Source: Bacteroidota bacterium (GTDB taxonomy: Bacteria; Bacteroidota; Ignavibacteria; Kapaibacteriales; UBA961). Taken from it: a stretch of 64,000 nt of DNA. This document shows positions 1 to 8,969 of this stretch, one piece after another (position 1 is the stretch's first letter; every line of letters begins with the position of its first letter). The notes under the pieces are model-generated. The model saw only the letters and a program-made list of their open reading frames with translations. It did not search any database and had not been told where the DNA came from. The translations under genes were made by a program, and so were the position numbers. The stretch lies in the NCBI GenBank assembly GCA_018266765.1, contig JAFDZU010000010.1, positions 4,916-68,915 of the forward strand. The letters are read 5' to 3'.

Positions 1-2086
1 TGCAAGTTCAAGTGGTACAGCCAGATCACTCCAACTTCAAAATCCTGCGGCTACCTTTTTTACATCGTTTAAAGCCGGAGCACAAACAGCAGATATTACA
101 TATACGATGCCTACAGCATTACCTGCAATCAATGGATTTATGCAAACAAATAATACAGGAACATTGTCATGGCAAGCAATCCCTTCCGGTCAAAGTGTAG
201 TAACAGGGGTGGGAACAGCTACTCGTGTAGCATTTTGGAATGCATCGTCACAACTTAGTTCAAACGCAAATCTTTACTGGGATGATGCAAACAGTCGTTT
301 AGGAATCGGCTTGACAGCCCCTGTGCAACCATTACAAGTAAAAGGAAATACATTACTTTCGGCTATTAGTGGCACTGCTCCTCAACTTCAATTAGAAAAT
401 CCAGCCGGAACTTTCAAATCTACATTTCAGGCAGGTGCACAATCATCAAATATAAATTATTTACTTCCTTTAACATTACCTGCATCTTCAGGGTATCTTC
501 TCTCAAATGCAACTGGAAATCTTAATTGGCAAGCAATTCCCTTCGGAGAAAATTTAATTACAGGCGTAGGTGTTGCTACTCGGATTGCATTTTGGAATAG
601 TTCATCAGCTTTAGGTTCAAACTCAAATTTATTCTGGGATAACACTAATAGCCGGATGGGAATTAATGAAGTATTGCCAACTCAACCACTCCATGTAAAA
701 GGGAATGTACTCGTTGCAGCAAGTGGTGGTACGGCAAGTCAGCTTCAACTTCAAGAACCTGGTGGTGTTTTTTCAAGTACATTTAAATCGGCTGCTCAAG
801 TTACTGCAATAGATTATACACTTCCTGGACTAAAACCTGTTGCTAATCAAGTATTAACGGTTACTAACGTTACGGGAACCAATGTAACATTGGATTGGGT
901 AAGTTCAGGCGCAGGTTCAGGCTGGACATTAACAGGAAACGGAGGAACAACACCAGGCACAAACTATATTGGAACAACTGATAATAAGGCATTTGAAATT
1001 CATATCAATGAAACTGATGCTGCAAATCAAGGAAGTAAGCGAGTAATGCGTTTTGAGCCAACCGCTTCAAGCGCTAATATCATCTCAGGATTCCAAGCAA
1101 ACTCTGTTACAGCAGGTAAAGTTGGTGCTGTAATTAGTGGTGGTGGAGTCAATGGAAGTATTAATTCAGTAACCGATGATTATGGAGTTATTGGTGGTGG
1201 AACAGGGAATGTTGCCGGTAGAAAATCATCAATTGGTGGTGGTGAAACTAATATAGCAACAGGTATTAAAAGCACAATTTCGGGTGGTGAAACAAATACT
1301 GCTTCCGGGATAACAAGTGTTATAGGTGGCGGTAGTAATAATTCAGCTTTAGGGGATTCGAGTTCAATTTTAGGTGGAAGAAGTAATACTACTTCAGGAA
1401 AATACGCCTCGGTCTTAGGTGGAATTGGATTAAAACTCGGAGCAAAAAGTGTTGGTTATAGCGGGCAATCAGGCGTTACTCAAACAGATATTAGCGGAAC
1501 TTCAAATATTGCATATTTTGGGGATGTAAATTTGTGGATTGGAAATACAAACAGTTCTGCAGGCGAGTTACGTTTCTACGAGCCAAATAGTTCCTCAACA
1601 TATGCAGGAACTAATTATACTTCATTCAAAGCTGCAACTCAGAATACTGATATTATTTACACTCTTCCACTTGTTCCCGGGAATATTAATGATGTTCTCC
1701 ATAATGATGGGTCAGGTAATTTACTTTGGTCGAATCCCATTTCAGGTGGTAATCTGGCTTATAGTACAAATTCTCCAAATGCTTATGCCGCAAATCAAAA
1801 TAATTTGTCCCTTGGACTGACTAACTATACTGTTTTTCGTATAAGTGCTACCGGAGCGATTAATCTGACAGGTATTGATGCTACAGGTGTTAATGATGGT
1901 AAATTGTGTGTTTTGATTAACGTGGGTAATAATGCAATTACACTCCAAAATGATAATGCCGGTTCAACAGCAACTAACCGTTTTCGTATTAAAGGTGGTG
2001 CAAACTTAGTGTTAAATGCCGACGAGGTTGTACAATTGATGTATGATGCTACAACAGGTCGTTGGAGACCAATTGCTACTTATTAA
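1..2086 (+). CDS. 5'-partial giant secreted repeat protein. It has three ~120-aa tandem repeats, then a G-rich Hep_Hag/YadA-head-like block (GGxTNxAxGxxSxIxGG, seven or more copies, aa ~340-450 of the ORF).
   Basis: The reading frame is open from nt 2. The translation of nt 2-106 (…QLQNPAATFFTSFKAGAQTADITYTMP…) continues the internal repeat QLQLENPAGTFKSTFQAGAQSSNINYLLP, so the gene starts upstream of the window. The repeat unit TGVGxATRxAFWNxSSxLxSNxNLxWD is seen three times, and the motif YTLP…GNLxW four times. Confidence 0.6.
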   Translation, partial: ASSSGTARSLQLQNPAATFFTSFKAGAQTADITYTMPTALPAINGFMQTNNTGTLSWQAIPSGQSVVTGVGTATRVAFWNASSQLSSNANLYWDDANSRLGIGLTAPVQPLQVKGNTLLSAISGTAPQLQLENPAGTFKSTFQAGAQSSNINYLLPLTLPASSGYLLSNATGNLNWQAIPFGENLITGVGVATRIAFWNSSSALGSNSNLFWDNTNSRMGINEVLPTQPLHVKGNVLVAASGGTASQLQLQEPGGVFSSTFKSAAQVTAIDYTLPGLKPVANQVLTVTNVTGTNVTLDWVSSGAGSGWTLTGNGGTTPGTNYIGTTDNKAFEIHINETDAANQGSKRVMRFEPTASSANIISGFQANSVTAGKVGAVISGGGVNGSINSVTDDYGVIGGGTGNVAGRKSSIGGGETNIATGIKSTISGGETNTASGITSVIGGGSNNSALGDSSSILGGRSNTTSGKYASVLGGIGLKLGAKSVGYSGQSGVTQTDISGTSNIAYFGDVNLWIGNTNSSAGELRFYEPNSSSTYAGTNYTSFKAATQNTDIIYTLPLVPGNINDVLHNDGSGNLLWSNPISGGNLAYSTNSPNAYAANQNNLSLGLTNYTVFRISATGAINLTGIDATGVNDGKLCVLINVGNNAITLQNDNAGSTATNRFRIKGGANLVLNADEVVQLMYDATTGRWRPIATY

Positions 2087-2146
2087 ACTTTAACATTTTA
2101 GATGTTTGAGTAAAATAATAATTCTCCACCATTAAAAATTATTACT

Positions 2147-2827
2147 ATGAAAAATTATAAAGTTCTGATTATTATACTAGGTTTATTTAATATCTGTGGA
2201 TTTACAAATGCTCAAATTACCGGTAGTTTACGTTCAGAATATCGTTTGTCATTTTTAAATCCCGGTGTTCAGAATTCATGGCTTATACTTGCACCTCCAT
2301 CGGATTTATCCGGTCAATATTCTCTTACCTTGCCAATTCCACCTTTGGTAGATGGTTATATTCTTAAAATTGACAAGCAAGGAGTAATCTCTCCTTATAG
2401 AATGGATTATTTTGCTCCAATGGCCGAATTTGAACAAGTAAAGAAAGAAAACGTATTACTGAAAGAACAAGTTCAACAACTAGAAATTCGTTTGGCACAA
2501 CTCGAAATAGCTGTTCAATCTGCTGTTACAGGTAAAACAAGAACGGCACAAAGGGGTGGTGACTTCCCGATGATTAATCGTAATGAACCTAATCCTTTTT
2601 CAGAAAGTACCATAATTTCATACTACATACCGGAAACAGTTAATAAAGCTGAACTTATAATAGACTGTTCAACCGACGGAAAGCAAATGATGAAAATTCC
2701 TCTTACAGCCAGAGGTTTCAATTCCATTACAATTTTTGGCAAGGATTTAGTTACAGGTACGTATGTATTTTATCTTATTGCTGACGGACAAGTATTTGGA
2801 TCACAACAAATGATTGTTATAAAATAA
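2147..2827 (+). CDS. Small secreted coiled-coil protein with a T9SS C-terminal sorting domain.
   Basis: Signal peptide MKNYKVLIIILGLFNICGFTNAQ. Heptad coiled coil (EQVKKENVLLKEQVQQLEIRLAQLEIAVQ). C-terminal ~80 aa NPFSESTIISYYIP…TYVFYLIADGQ…MIVIK fits the Por_Secre_tail pattern. It shares the YSLTLPIPPLVDGYIL module with the upstream adhesin. Confidence 0.7.
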   Translation: MKNYKVLIIILGLFNICGFTNAQITGSLRSEYRLSFLNPGVQNSWLILAPPSDLSGQYSLTLPIPPLVDGYILKIDKQGVISPYRMDYFAPMAEFEQVKKENVLLKEQVQQLEIRLAQLEIAVQSAVTGKTRTAQRGGDFPMINRNEPNPFSESTIISYYIPETVNKAELIIDCSTDGKQMMKIPLTARGFNSITIFGKDLVTGTYVFYLIADGQVFGSQQMIVIK

Positions 2828-2859
2828 AAAACAATACAATTTATTCCTTATTGATTAGA

Positions 2860-5601
2860 ATGAACGCACGAATCATTATAACGTTAAAACTTCTTCTACT
2901 GGTGTTATTATTAACTCCTTTGGGAGTAAGTGCGCAAATTTTTACTAATAAAGGTGCGATTGTAACCGGTATGAACGGTAGTACAGTCTGGATAAATGGA
3001 ACATTATGTAATATTTCATCAGGACAAATTACCTTCAATGGTTCTTCTTTGTTACAAGTTAATGGGGAAATCCAAGTACAGTCAGGTGAACTTAAACTTT
3101 TGGATGCATCGAATGCTGTTGCAACTGAGAATTGTATCGTTTTTCCAAATTCTCAAGTATTGCGATATGGCAATGGCACATTAAATGTTTATAAACTTTA
3201 TACTAATAGAGGATTGTTAGATAATAAGGGAACAGTCGAAATTGGTAATACAACTTTTCCGGCAACAGTAAAACAGAATTTTCATAACGACTCAACCGCA
3301 ACTTTTCTTAATAACGGGATGGTGCGTTTTCTTGCTGATAGCGGACGATTTTCTAATTACCAAAGTAATATTACTAAAGTAAATAACGACGGTGGAATTA
3401 TCGAGATGAGAGGCGTATATAATCGCTTTACTGAAGGTAATGGCGCACAACCATTTCTTGGAGATAATAATTCTACTGCACTTGGTTCACGATGGAACTT
3501 TCGTATTGGTGGTTTAGTTCGGTACGCACATGCTACTGATTCTCAGATTGTTCAATCTCGATATTTCTATGACCTTGAAATGGATAATGTTGCTCGCAAA
3601 CTAATTCCAACGGATGTTTATGTAGGTAATGGCTATACTGTTACACCTACATCCGGCATTAGAAAATATGTAGGTACTTTCCATTATGATGGTGATAATA
3701 CTCAATATATTTATCCCGAAAATGGAGTAAATCCTCTCACAGACCGCTACTATAATTTAGATTTATTAGTAAGCAACCAATCTAAAAAAAGTAAAAAGCA
3801 TTTAGATACAAATCTCATAACTCGTCTTGATGCAGTTCTTACGAGTGATAGTTTAGCCCCACTGTATGTGGATGGACAAATGCACTTAGGAGATTTAGGT
3901 CTCGATACTTCTATCACGTTTGGTACAATAGATATACGAAATAATGGTTTGGTTTCTATGGGAACTCGTCCGGCAGTAGTTCATGCAAATGTAACTGTTA
4001 GTCCGGGTACGTTTCAATCTCCGATTGGTGCAGGTGATGTTCACGTAGCAAGTACTGCAACGTTACAACTTGCAGCGACTAATGGTGTTTTACGTTTAGC
4101 ACAAGCTACAAACCTTTTTGTAACCGGTGATTTTGTCAATAAAGGTAATGGAACAAATTTATTTGCAAATCCAACATCAACAGTTACTTTCAATGGTACA
4201 GCCGGGCAAGAAATAGAAAGAACTACTGATACCAATGGCTACGGAAATGTAACTACTATTCGTGAGAAAAATGCTCTTCGTGGTAATGTATTTATGACAG
4301 GAAATTTAAGAGTTGAAGCCGGAAATATTAATATGTTTGGCGATACTCTTACCATGATTGATTCTAAAAAATCAGCATCATACGTTGGTGGACTAGAAGA
4401 AGTTGTAGGAGCAATGAGAAGATTGAATCTTCCAACAGGAACTGAACCATTTACTTTTAATAATGTTAATACTACGGTTGCTTTTATCTCAGAAAAAGAA
4501 ACTGTACCACCTGATATGACATTCACTGTTACTCCAAAAGCAAGTCCAACTAATCCGGCACTTCAATTTATTGATACAACTGATGCTAACCGTAGGATAA
4601 TTTTGGCTTTTTCCGGCTCAAATGATTGGGAGGCAACTGTTCGAGCGGGCTATAAAGTGAATGAAATCGGTTCAAAAGTTGATGAAACTCACCTCGAATT
4701 TTTTGAAGCAACTGTAGATACTGCTAAAAATATTAATACCTCACTTTTGAATCCATCAAATCAATATTCGAGGAAATTAGCTACTGCTTCTTCTATGGGA
4801 TATGTAGAATTGTCGGGTGTTCGTCCTTTTAAGCCATTGTCTCCTTATCCTCCGCCATCATTATTTGCATCAGGAAATGATTTGTTATTACGGTATTCAC
4901 CCGGAAATCCCTATTTGATTCTCTCGGCACGAGTGTTGCTTGAAGGACCTTATCGGGATGGTACGATGGCATTTGATTTACGGACATTAAATCTAATAGA
5001 CTCAATTGCACCGAATATTGCTCCTTATAATTTAGATTCTAACCGTCTCTTTGAAAAAGTACGAATAATACCTGATTCGATTGTAGATTGGGCTACAGTT
5101 GAAATTCGTTCTCAATTGTCAGGTGGAACTCGTGTATTTCGTAATTGTTTTTTACGCTCTGATGGTATGTTAGTGGATTTAGACGGTAAAAGTGCAGTTA
5201 CTTTGCCAATTTCACAACCCGGAGATTATTATATTGTGGTACGTCACAGAAATCACCTTGCAGTTATGACTTCTGCTCCGGTTACATTAAAACAAAAAAC
5301 TACTAATCAAACAGGTCTTCAAACGGTTGACTTGTCTAATGAAAATATTGTTCTTGGTGGAGTTGATGCATTAAAAGCAATAGCTCGGCGACCAGATAAC
5401 TCGATAATTTATGGTATGCCGGCAGGTGACTATAATACTAATGGGGTTATTGATAATTTAGATTATGATAGAATTTGGGTATGGAGAGACTACGAAGGAT
5501 ATTGGAATGAAGATACTGATCTTAATGGAATTGTAACTACTAAAGATTTTAATGTAAGCTGGAACAACGCTAACATGAAAAAGAAAACAGTAGTTCCTTA
5601 A
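2860..5601 (+). CDS. Large secreted protein, probably beta-helix/pectate-lyase-like, with no recognisable T9SS tail.
   Basis: The ORF-track start at 2851 is TTG; ATG 2860 gives the signal peptide MNARIIITLKLLLLVLLLTPLGVSAQ. N/G/T-rich repeats (ITFNGSSLLQVNGEIQVQSG) are typical of beta-helical passengers. The C-terminus …NMKKKTVVP lacks a T9SS C-terminal domain (CTD). Confidence 0.6.
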   Translation: MNARIIITLKLLLLVLLLTPLGVSAQIFTNKGAIVTGMNGSTVWINGTLCNISSGQITFNGSSLLQVNGEIQVQSGELKLLDASNAVATENCIVFPNSQVLRYGNGTLNVYKLYTNRGLLDNKGTVEIGNTTFPATVKQNFHNDSTATFLNNGMVRFLADSGRFSNYQSNITKVNNDGGIIEMRGVYNRFTEGNGAQPFLGDNNSTALGSRWNFRIGGLVRYAHATDSQIVQSRYFYDLEMDNVARKLIPTDVYVGNGYTVTPTSGIRKYVGTFHYDGDNTQYIYPENGVNPLTDRYYNLDLLVSNQSKKSKKHLDTNLITRLDAVLTSDSLAPLYVDGQMHLGDLGLDTSITFGTIDIRNNGLVSMGTRPAVVHANVTVSPGTFQSPIGAGDVHVASTATLQLAATNGVLRLAQATNLFVTGDFVNKGNGTNLFANPTSTVTFNGTAGQEIERTTDTNGYGNVTTIREKNALRGNVFMTGNLRVEAGNINMFGDTLTMIDSKKSASYVGGLEEVVGAMRRLNLPTGTEPFTFNNVNTTVAFISEKETVPPDMTFTVTPKASPTNPALQFIDTTDANRRIILAFSGSNDWEATVRAGYKVNEIGSKVDETHLEFFEATVDTAKNINTSLLNPSNQYSRKLATASSMGYVELSGVRPFKPLSPYPPPSLFASGNDLLLRYSPGNPYLILSARVLLEGPYRDGTMAFDLRTLNLIDSIAPNIAPYNLDSNRLFEKVRIIPDSIVDWATVEIRSQLSGGTRVFRNCFLRSDGMLVDLDGKSAVTLPISQPGDYYIVVRHRNHLAVMTSAPVTLKQKTTNQTGLQTVDLSNENIVLGGVDALKAIARRPDNSIIYGMPAGDYNTNGVIDNLDYDRIWVWRDYEGYWNEDTDLNGIVTTKDFNVSWNNANMKKKTVVP

Positions 5602-5641
5602 TTGGAATTTAGAGTAAAGTGGAAGTAAAAATAATATACAA

Positions 5642-6922
5642 ATGAATATAAGAATTTCATATTTTATTGTGGTAATTGCGGTATTGTGCTTGCAGACACT
5701 ATCGGCTTTTGCTGTTTCAACAAATGAAATCGCGATAGCTACAATTGTCAATCCTTTACTTGAAAAAGATAATGAATTGCAATTTTCGGTAAACGTTACC
5801 CGCACTACTGATGAATGGGTTCGATGGGCTAATGGTACTTTCCAAATTGAATTATTCGGTGGGGGAATTAACTATCATAACTTAGGCATAGAACTTTTAC
5901 CCGATTCTACTGATTTAAATTTAAAGTATTATACTATTACTCCTCGAATTGTAACTTTAGAACTTGTTCCCGGCTCAAAAATTACAAAAGACAGAATTAG
6001 TATTACTGTTTTGGGACCTAAGGATTATTCTCAAGCTCATGAGGTTATTTTAGATACAGCAAAACCTCTTAAAGTTGGTCGTTTTCGTGTTTTTACGTTG
6101 GATAACAGTCCTTTCCCTTTACAAGTAACTATTGACTGGGCAACGCCTGTACTATATTATCAAACAACGGCTTATAAGCTATTGAATGACAGTATCCCAT
6201 GGCATTTTGGTGATAATAATATAGAAATGAGAAATAAAATTCTCTATAAATCAACCCAACGCCCGGGAATTCCGATTATGCAATTATCTCTTTGTGACAG
6301 TACTCATTACGAAGGTCAAAAAATTGTCCGGTTAAGTTGGTCTACTAATGGTGAACGTAATAGCTTTGGATTTGACATTATGCGTGCTTTGCTACCTTTT
6401 GGTGAAACTGACCCAAGTAAACTTACTTATACAAAAATAGCTTCATTCCCAAACTCTGGGCATGGTACAACATTTAAGCCTTATAGTTATGGTCCTTATT
6501 ATGATACTGTTGAAACACGTGGTGAAAAATATTTTTACAAAATCATAAGCATGTCATCTGAAAATGTACCAAATTTAGATACGAGTGGAAAAGTTATCGA
6601 GAGCTATTGCTCGGTAGATATACCGTATGCTGTTATAGTTCAAGCTGCTCCTCGTCAAAATCCTTTTAGTGAAGGTACGATAATTGATTATAAACTTGAT
6701 GATGATGTTTATTTAACAGTTAAAATTTATGATCCTATCGGACAAGAAGTAGAAACATTAGTTGATAATCAATTCCGTAAAATTGGATTCCATGATGTAA
6801 ATTTTGAGGCATCAAAATTTGCCGTTCAGGGTATGTACGAAGCAGTATTCACTGCCCATCCGATAAATGATAATTCAGTTGAATTATCACGAGCTGTCGT
6901 TAAATTACAATTAGTTCGCTAA
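5642..6922 (+). CDS. Secreted protein with a T9SS C-terminal sorting domain.
   Basis: Signal peptide …VLCLQTLSAFA. C-terminus NPFSEGTIIDYKLDDDVYLTVKIYDPIGQEVETLVDN…GMYEAVFTA…VKLQLVR is a Por_Secre_tail-like CTD. Confidence 0.7.
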   Translation: MNIRISYFIVVIAVLCLQTLSAFAVSTNEIAIATIVNPLLEKDNELQFSVNVTRTTDEWVRWANGTFQIELFGGGINYHNLGIELLPDSTDLNLKYYTITPRIVTLELVPGSKITKDRISITVLGPKDYSQAHEVILDTAKPLKVGRFRVFTLDNSPFPLQVTIDWATPVLYYQTTAYKLLNDSIPWHFGDNNIEMRNKILYKSTQRPGIPIMQLSLCDSTHYEGQKIVRLSWSTNGERNSFGFDIMRALLPFGETDPSKLTYTKIASFPNSGHGTTFKPYSYGPYYDTVETRGEKYFYKIISMSSENVPNLDTSGKVIESYCSVDIPYAVIVQAAPRQNPFSEGTIIDYKLDDDVYLTVKIYDPIGQEVETLVDNQFRKIGFHDVNFEASKFAVQGMYEAVFTAHPINDNSVELSRAVVKLQLVR

Positions 6923-6933
6923 AGAAAATTATT

Positions 6934-8415
6934 GTGAATATTCTATTCTCCATATTGAGTTTTATTGTAAAGAGTAACAGAAGTTTATTACTATCAATAC
7001 TTGTGCTCTTATGTTTGGTCTCATTTCCAGCAACTACATTTGCCCAGTCTTCAATTGGTGAATTTCGAGAAATCCGAGTATTGCCAAGTTTGGATACTTC
7101 AGTTCGCATTCGTAGAAATGGAACATGGTGGTTTGGTGCTATGGTTGGTGGAATGGGAAACTATTATCTAGGCTCACTAAATGTACCAAGACTTGGACCT
7201 GATCCCAAAAATGGAGTTGTAGAGATTACATCCGGTGACGGAAGTGGATTGTATGCAGGTCTATTATTACAATTTCAACCACTTAACTCGTATTTTGGAG
7301 GTGGACTAAGAGTAGCTCTTGCAGATAGAAGGGTGAGTTATGGTTCTACTGAAATATTGAGTAGCCCGGCAATTAATCCAAATGAAACAGATTCATCATT
7401 AAACTATCTGTCCAAAGCTATCAATAATTATATTGCAATTTCTCCTGAAATTCGGTTTAATCTTGCGTCTGAAGGACTTCACCTTCTTGGAGGATTAGAT
7501 TTGGAATTATTAGTTTCGTCAAATGCAAGCTCAGGAAGAAATTTTAAAAATGTTGCTAACATCACTCACTTACAAGTAGACACCAATTATAAACCTAATC
7601 CGGTTCGTTTTGGTGGGCACATTGGAATTGGGTTAGATATCTTTTCTGCTTCTTTATCGTCAGGATTGCGATTTAGATTGTGTCCTTATATAACACTTAA
7701 CTCAGGAACTATTGTAACAAGTAGTTTAAATTCTTCTTGGAATACTATTTTTGCTCGATTTGGAATGGATTTTAAATTTGGTTTTGATGAAATAAAAGAA
7801 ACTATTTTGCCGTTCGACCCGACCTATATAGAACCACCTCATTCATTAGCAAGTATCCAATGGGAAAAGGGAATTTCTGTTCCGGGGTTACAACGTCCAG
7901 AAAGATTAGCAGTTGCTGATATTTCTCTCGGTGCTATCGAAGCACCTCCGGTTGATGTACCTGTTGAAGTATCTTTACCTCCAACAGATGAAGTTAAACC
8001 TCTTGTTAATCCAACAATTACAGCAGAAGAAACTACCAAACCTGTATTAACTGAAAAAAAAGTACCGAAAATTACACCCGGAAAAACTGAAATTTTCTAT
8101 TTCTCGACTTCAACTTCACTTAGCATTCCCCCAAATGCAAATTCTTATTTAGATGGATTAGCAGATTACCTCAAATCAAATCCAGGTGCGACTGTTGAAA
8201 TAGTTGGACACACTGACAACCAAGGAACGGAAGCCGAACTTCAACAACTATCAATGGACCGTGCCCTTCAAGTGAGAACTTATTTACAAAAGAAGGGAAT
8301 TCCACTTCGTCGCCTTTATGCTTCTGGTAAGTCTTCTTTTAGTAGTATTGCAAGTAACAGAACAGAAGCAGGAAGAAAGCGCAACCGCCGCGTAGAAATA
8401 GTTGTTAATCCATAA
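6934..8415 (+). CDS. OmpA-family outer-membrane protein: N-terminal beta-barrel-like region, Pro/Thr/Glu linker and C-terminal OmpA/MotB peptidoglycan-binding domain. Possibly a PorP/SprF-type adaptor for the upstream cargo.
   Basis: GTG start. Signal peptide …LVSFPATTFAQ. C-terminus TVEIVGHTDNQGTEAELQQLSMDRALQVRTYLQKKGIPLRRL…RRVEIVV is the OmpA_C-like motif (TD-N-G…N..LS..RA). The PorP/SprF idea rests on position only. Confidence 0.7.
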   Translation: MNILFSILSFIVKSNRSLLLSILVLLCLVSFPATTFAQSSIGEFREIRVLPSLDTSVRIRRNGTWWFGAMVGGMGNYYLGSLNVPRLGPDPKNGVVEITSGDGSGLYAGLLLQFQPLNSYFGGGLRVALADRRVSYGSTEILSSPAINPNETDSSLNYLSKAINNYIAISPEIRFNLASEGLHLLGGLDLELLVSSNASSGRNFKNVANITHLQVDTNYKPNPVRFGGHIGIGLDIFSASLSSGLRFRLCPYITLNSGTIVTSSLNSSWNTIFARFGMDFKFGFDEIKETILPFDPTYIEPPHSLASIQWEKGISVPGLQRPERLAVADISLGAIEAPPVDVPVEVSLPPTDEVKPLVNPTITAEETTKPVLTEKKVPKITPGKTEIFYFSTSTSLSIPPNANSYLDGLADYLKSNPGATVEIVGHTDNQGTEAELQQLSMDRALQVRTYLQKKGIPLRRLYASGKSSFSSIASNRTEAGRKRNRRVEIVVNP

Positions 8416-8529
8416 CCACACTTTTCGTAAATTGTAACCGAAATTGTTCTTTCCTAATAAGAAATTATTATTTGTTGTGCTTAATTGTTAATTTAGTAAA
8501 AAAAATATTTACTTTGAGTAAGGATTGTA

Positions 8530-8916
8530 ATGAATAGTGAACCCGAACTTATTTGTGTGATTGAAGATAATGTTTCTATTAGAAAATTATATGAAGTTAT
8601 TCTAAAAAAAAACGACTATACAGTTGTTGAATTTGAAGAGGGTAATAAAGCTGTAGAATGGCTTTCTACACATAATCCATTAGCAGTAATTTGTGATGAT
8701 TTACTACCTGATTCAAGCGGAAAAGAAATTATTACTTCATTAAGAAATTTTTCTCATGGTAAGGTTCTACCAGTAATTATTGTTACAGGTTTTGCCCATG
8801 CAACAGATCGCGAACGATATTTAGCAATGGGATTTGACGGCTATATTTCAAAACCAATCAATACATCTTCTTTTGTTGAAGAGCTCCGTCATTTTATTGA
8901 TTCCAAAAAAAAGTAG
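8530..8916 (+). CDS. Stand-alone response-regulator receiver domain (CheY-like).
   Basis: 128 aa. Acidic pocket/phospho-Asp context IEDN…VICDDLLPDSSG, conserved T (VTGFA) and K (YISKP). No output domain. Confidence 0.8.
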   Translation: MNSEPELICVIEDNVSIRKLYEVILKKNDYTVVEFEEGNKAVEWLSTHNPLAVICDDLLPDSSGKEIITSLRNFSHGKVLPVIIVTGFAHATDRERYLAMGFDGYISKPINTSSFVEELRHFIDSKKK

Positions 8917-8969
8917 ATTATTAATATTTAAATAACCTTCATTTATTCAGAATAATTATATAATAGCGT

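Noticed and set aside
2851-2859. ORF-track starts at TTG/GTG codons (2851, 14836, 32697, 43794, 51987, 59165, and 19486 as an upstream extension).
   Set aside because: Downstream in-frame ATGs give canonical signal peptides and/or SD spacing and standard family N-termini, so the shorter ATG-initiated forms were preferred.
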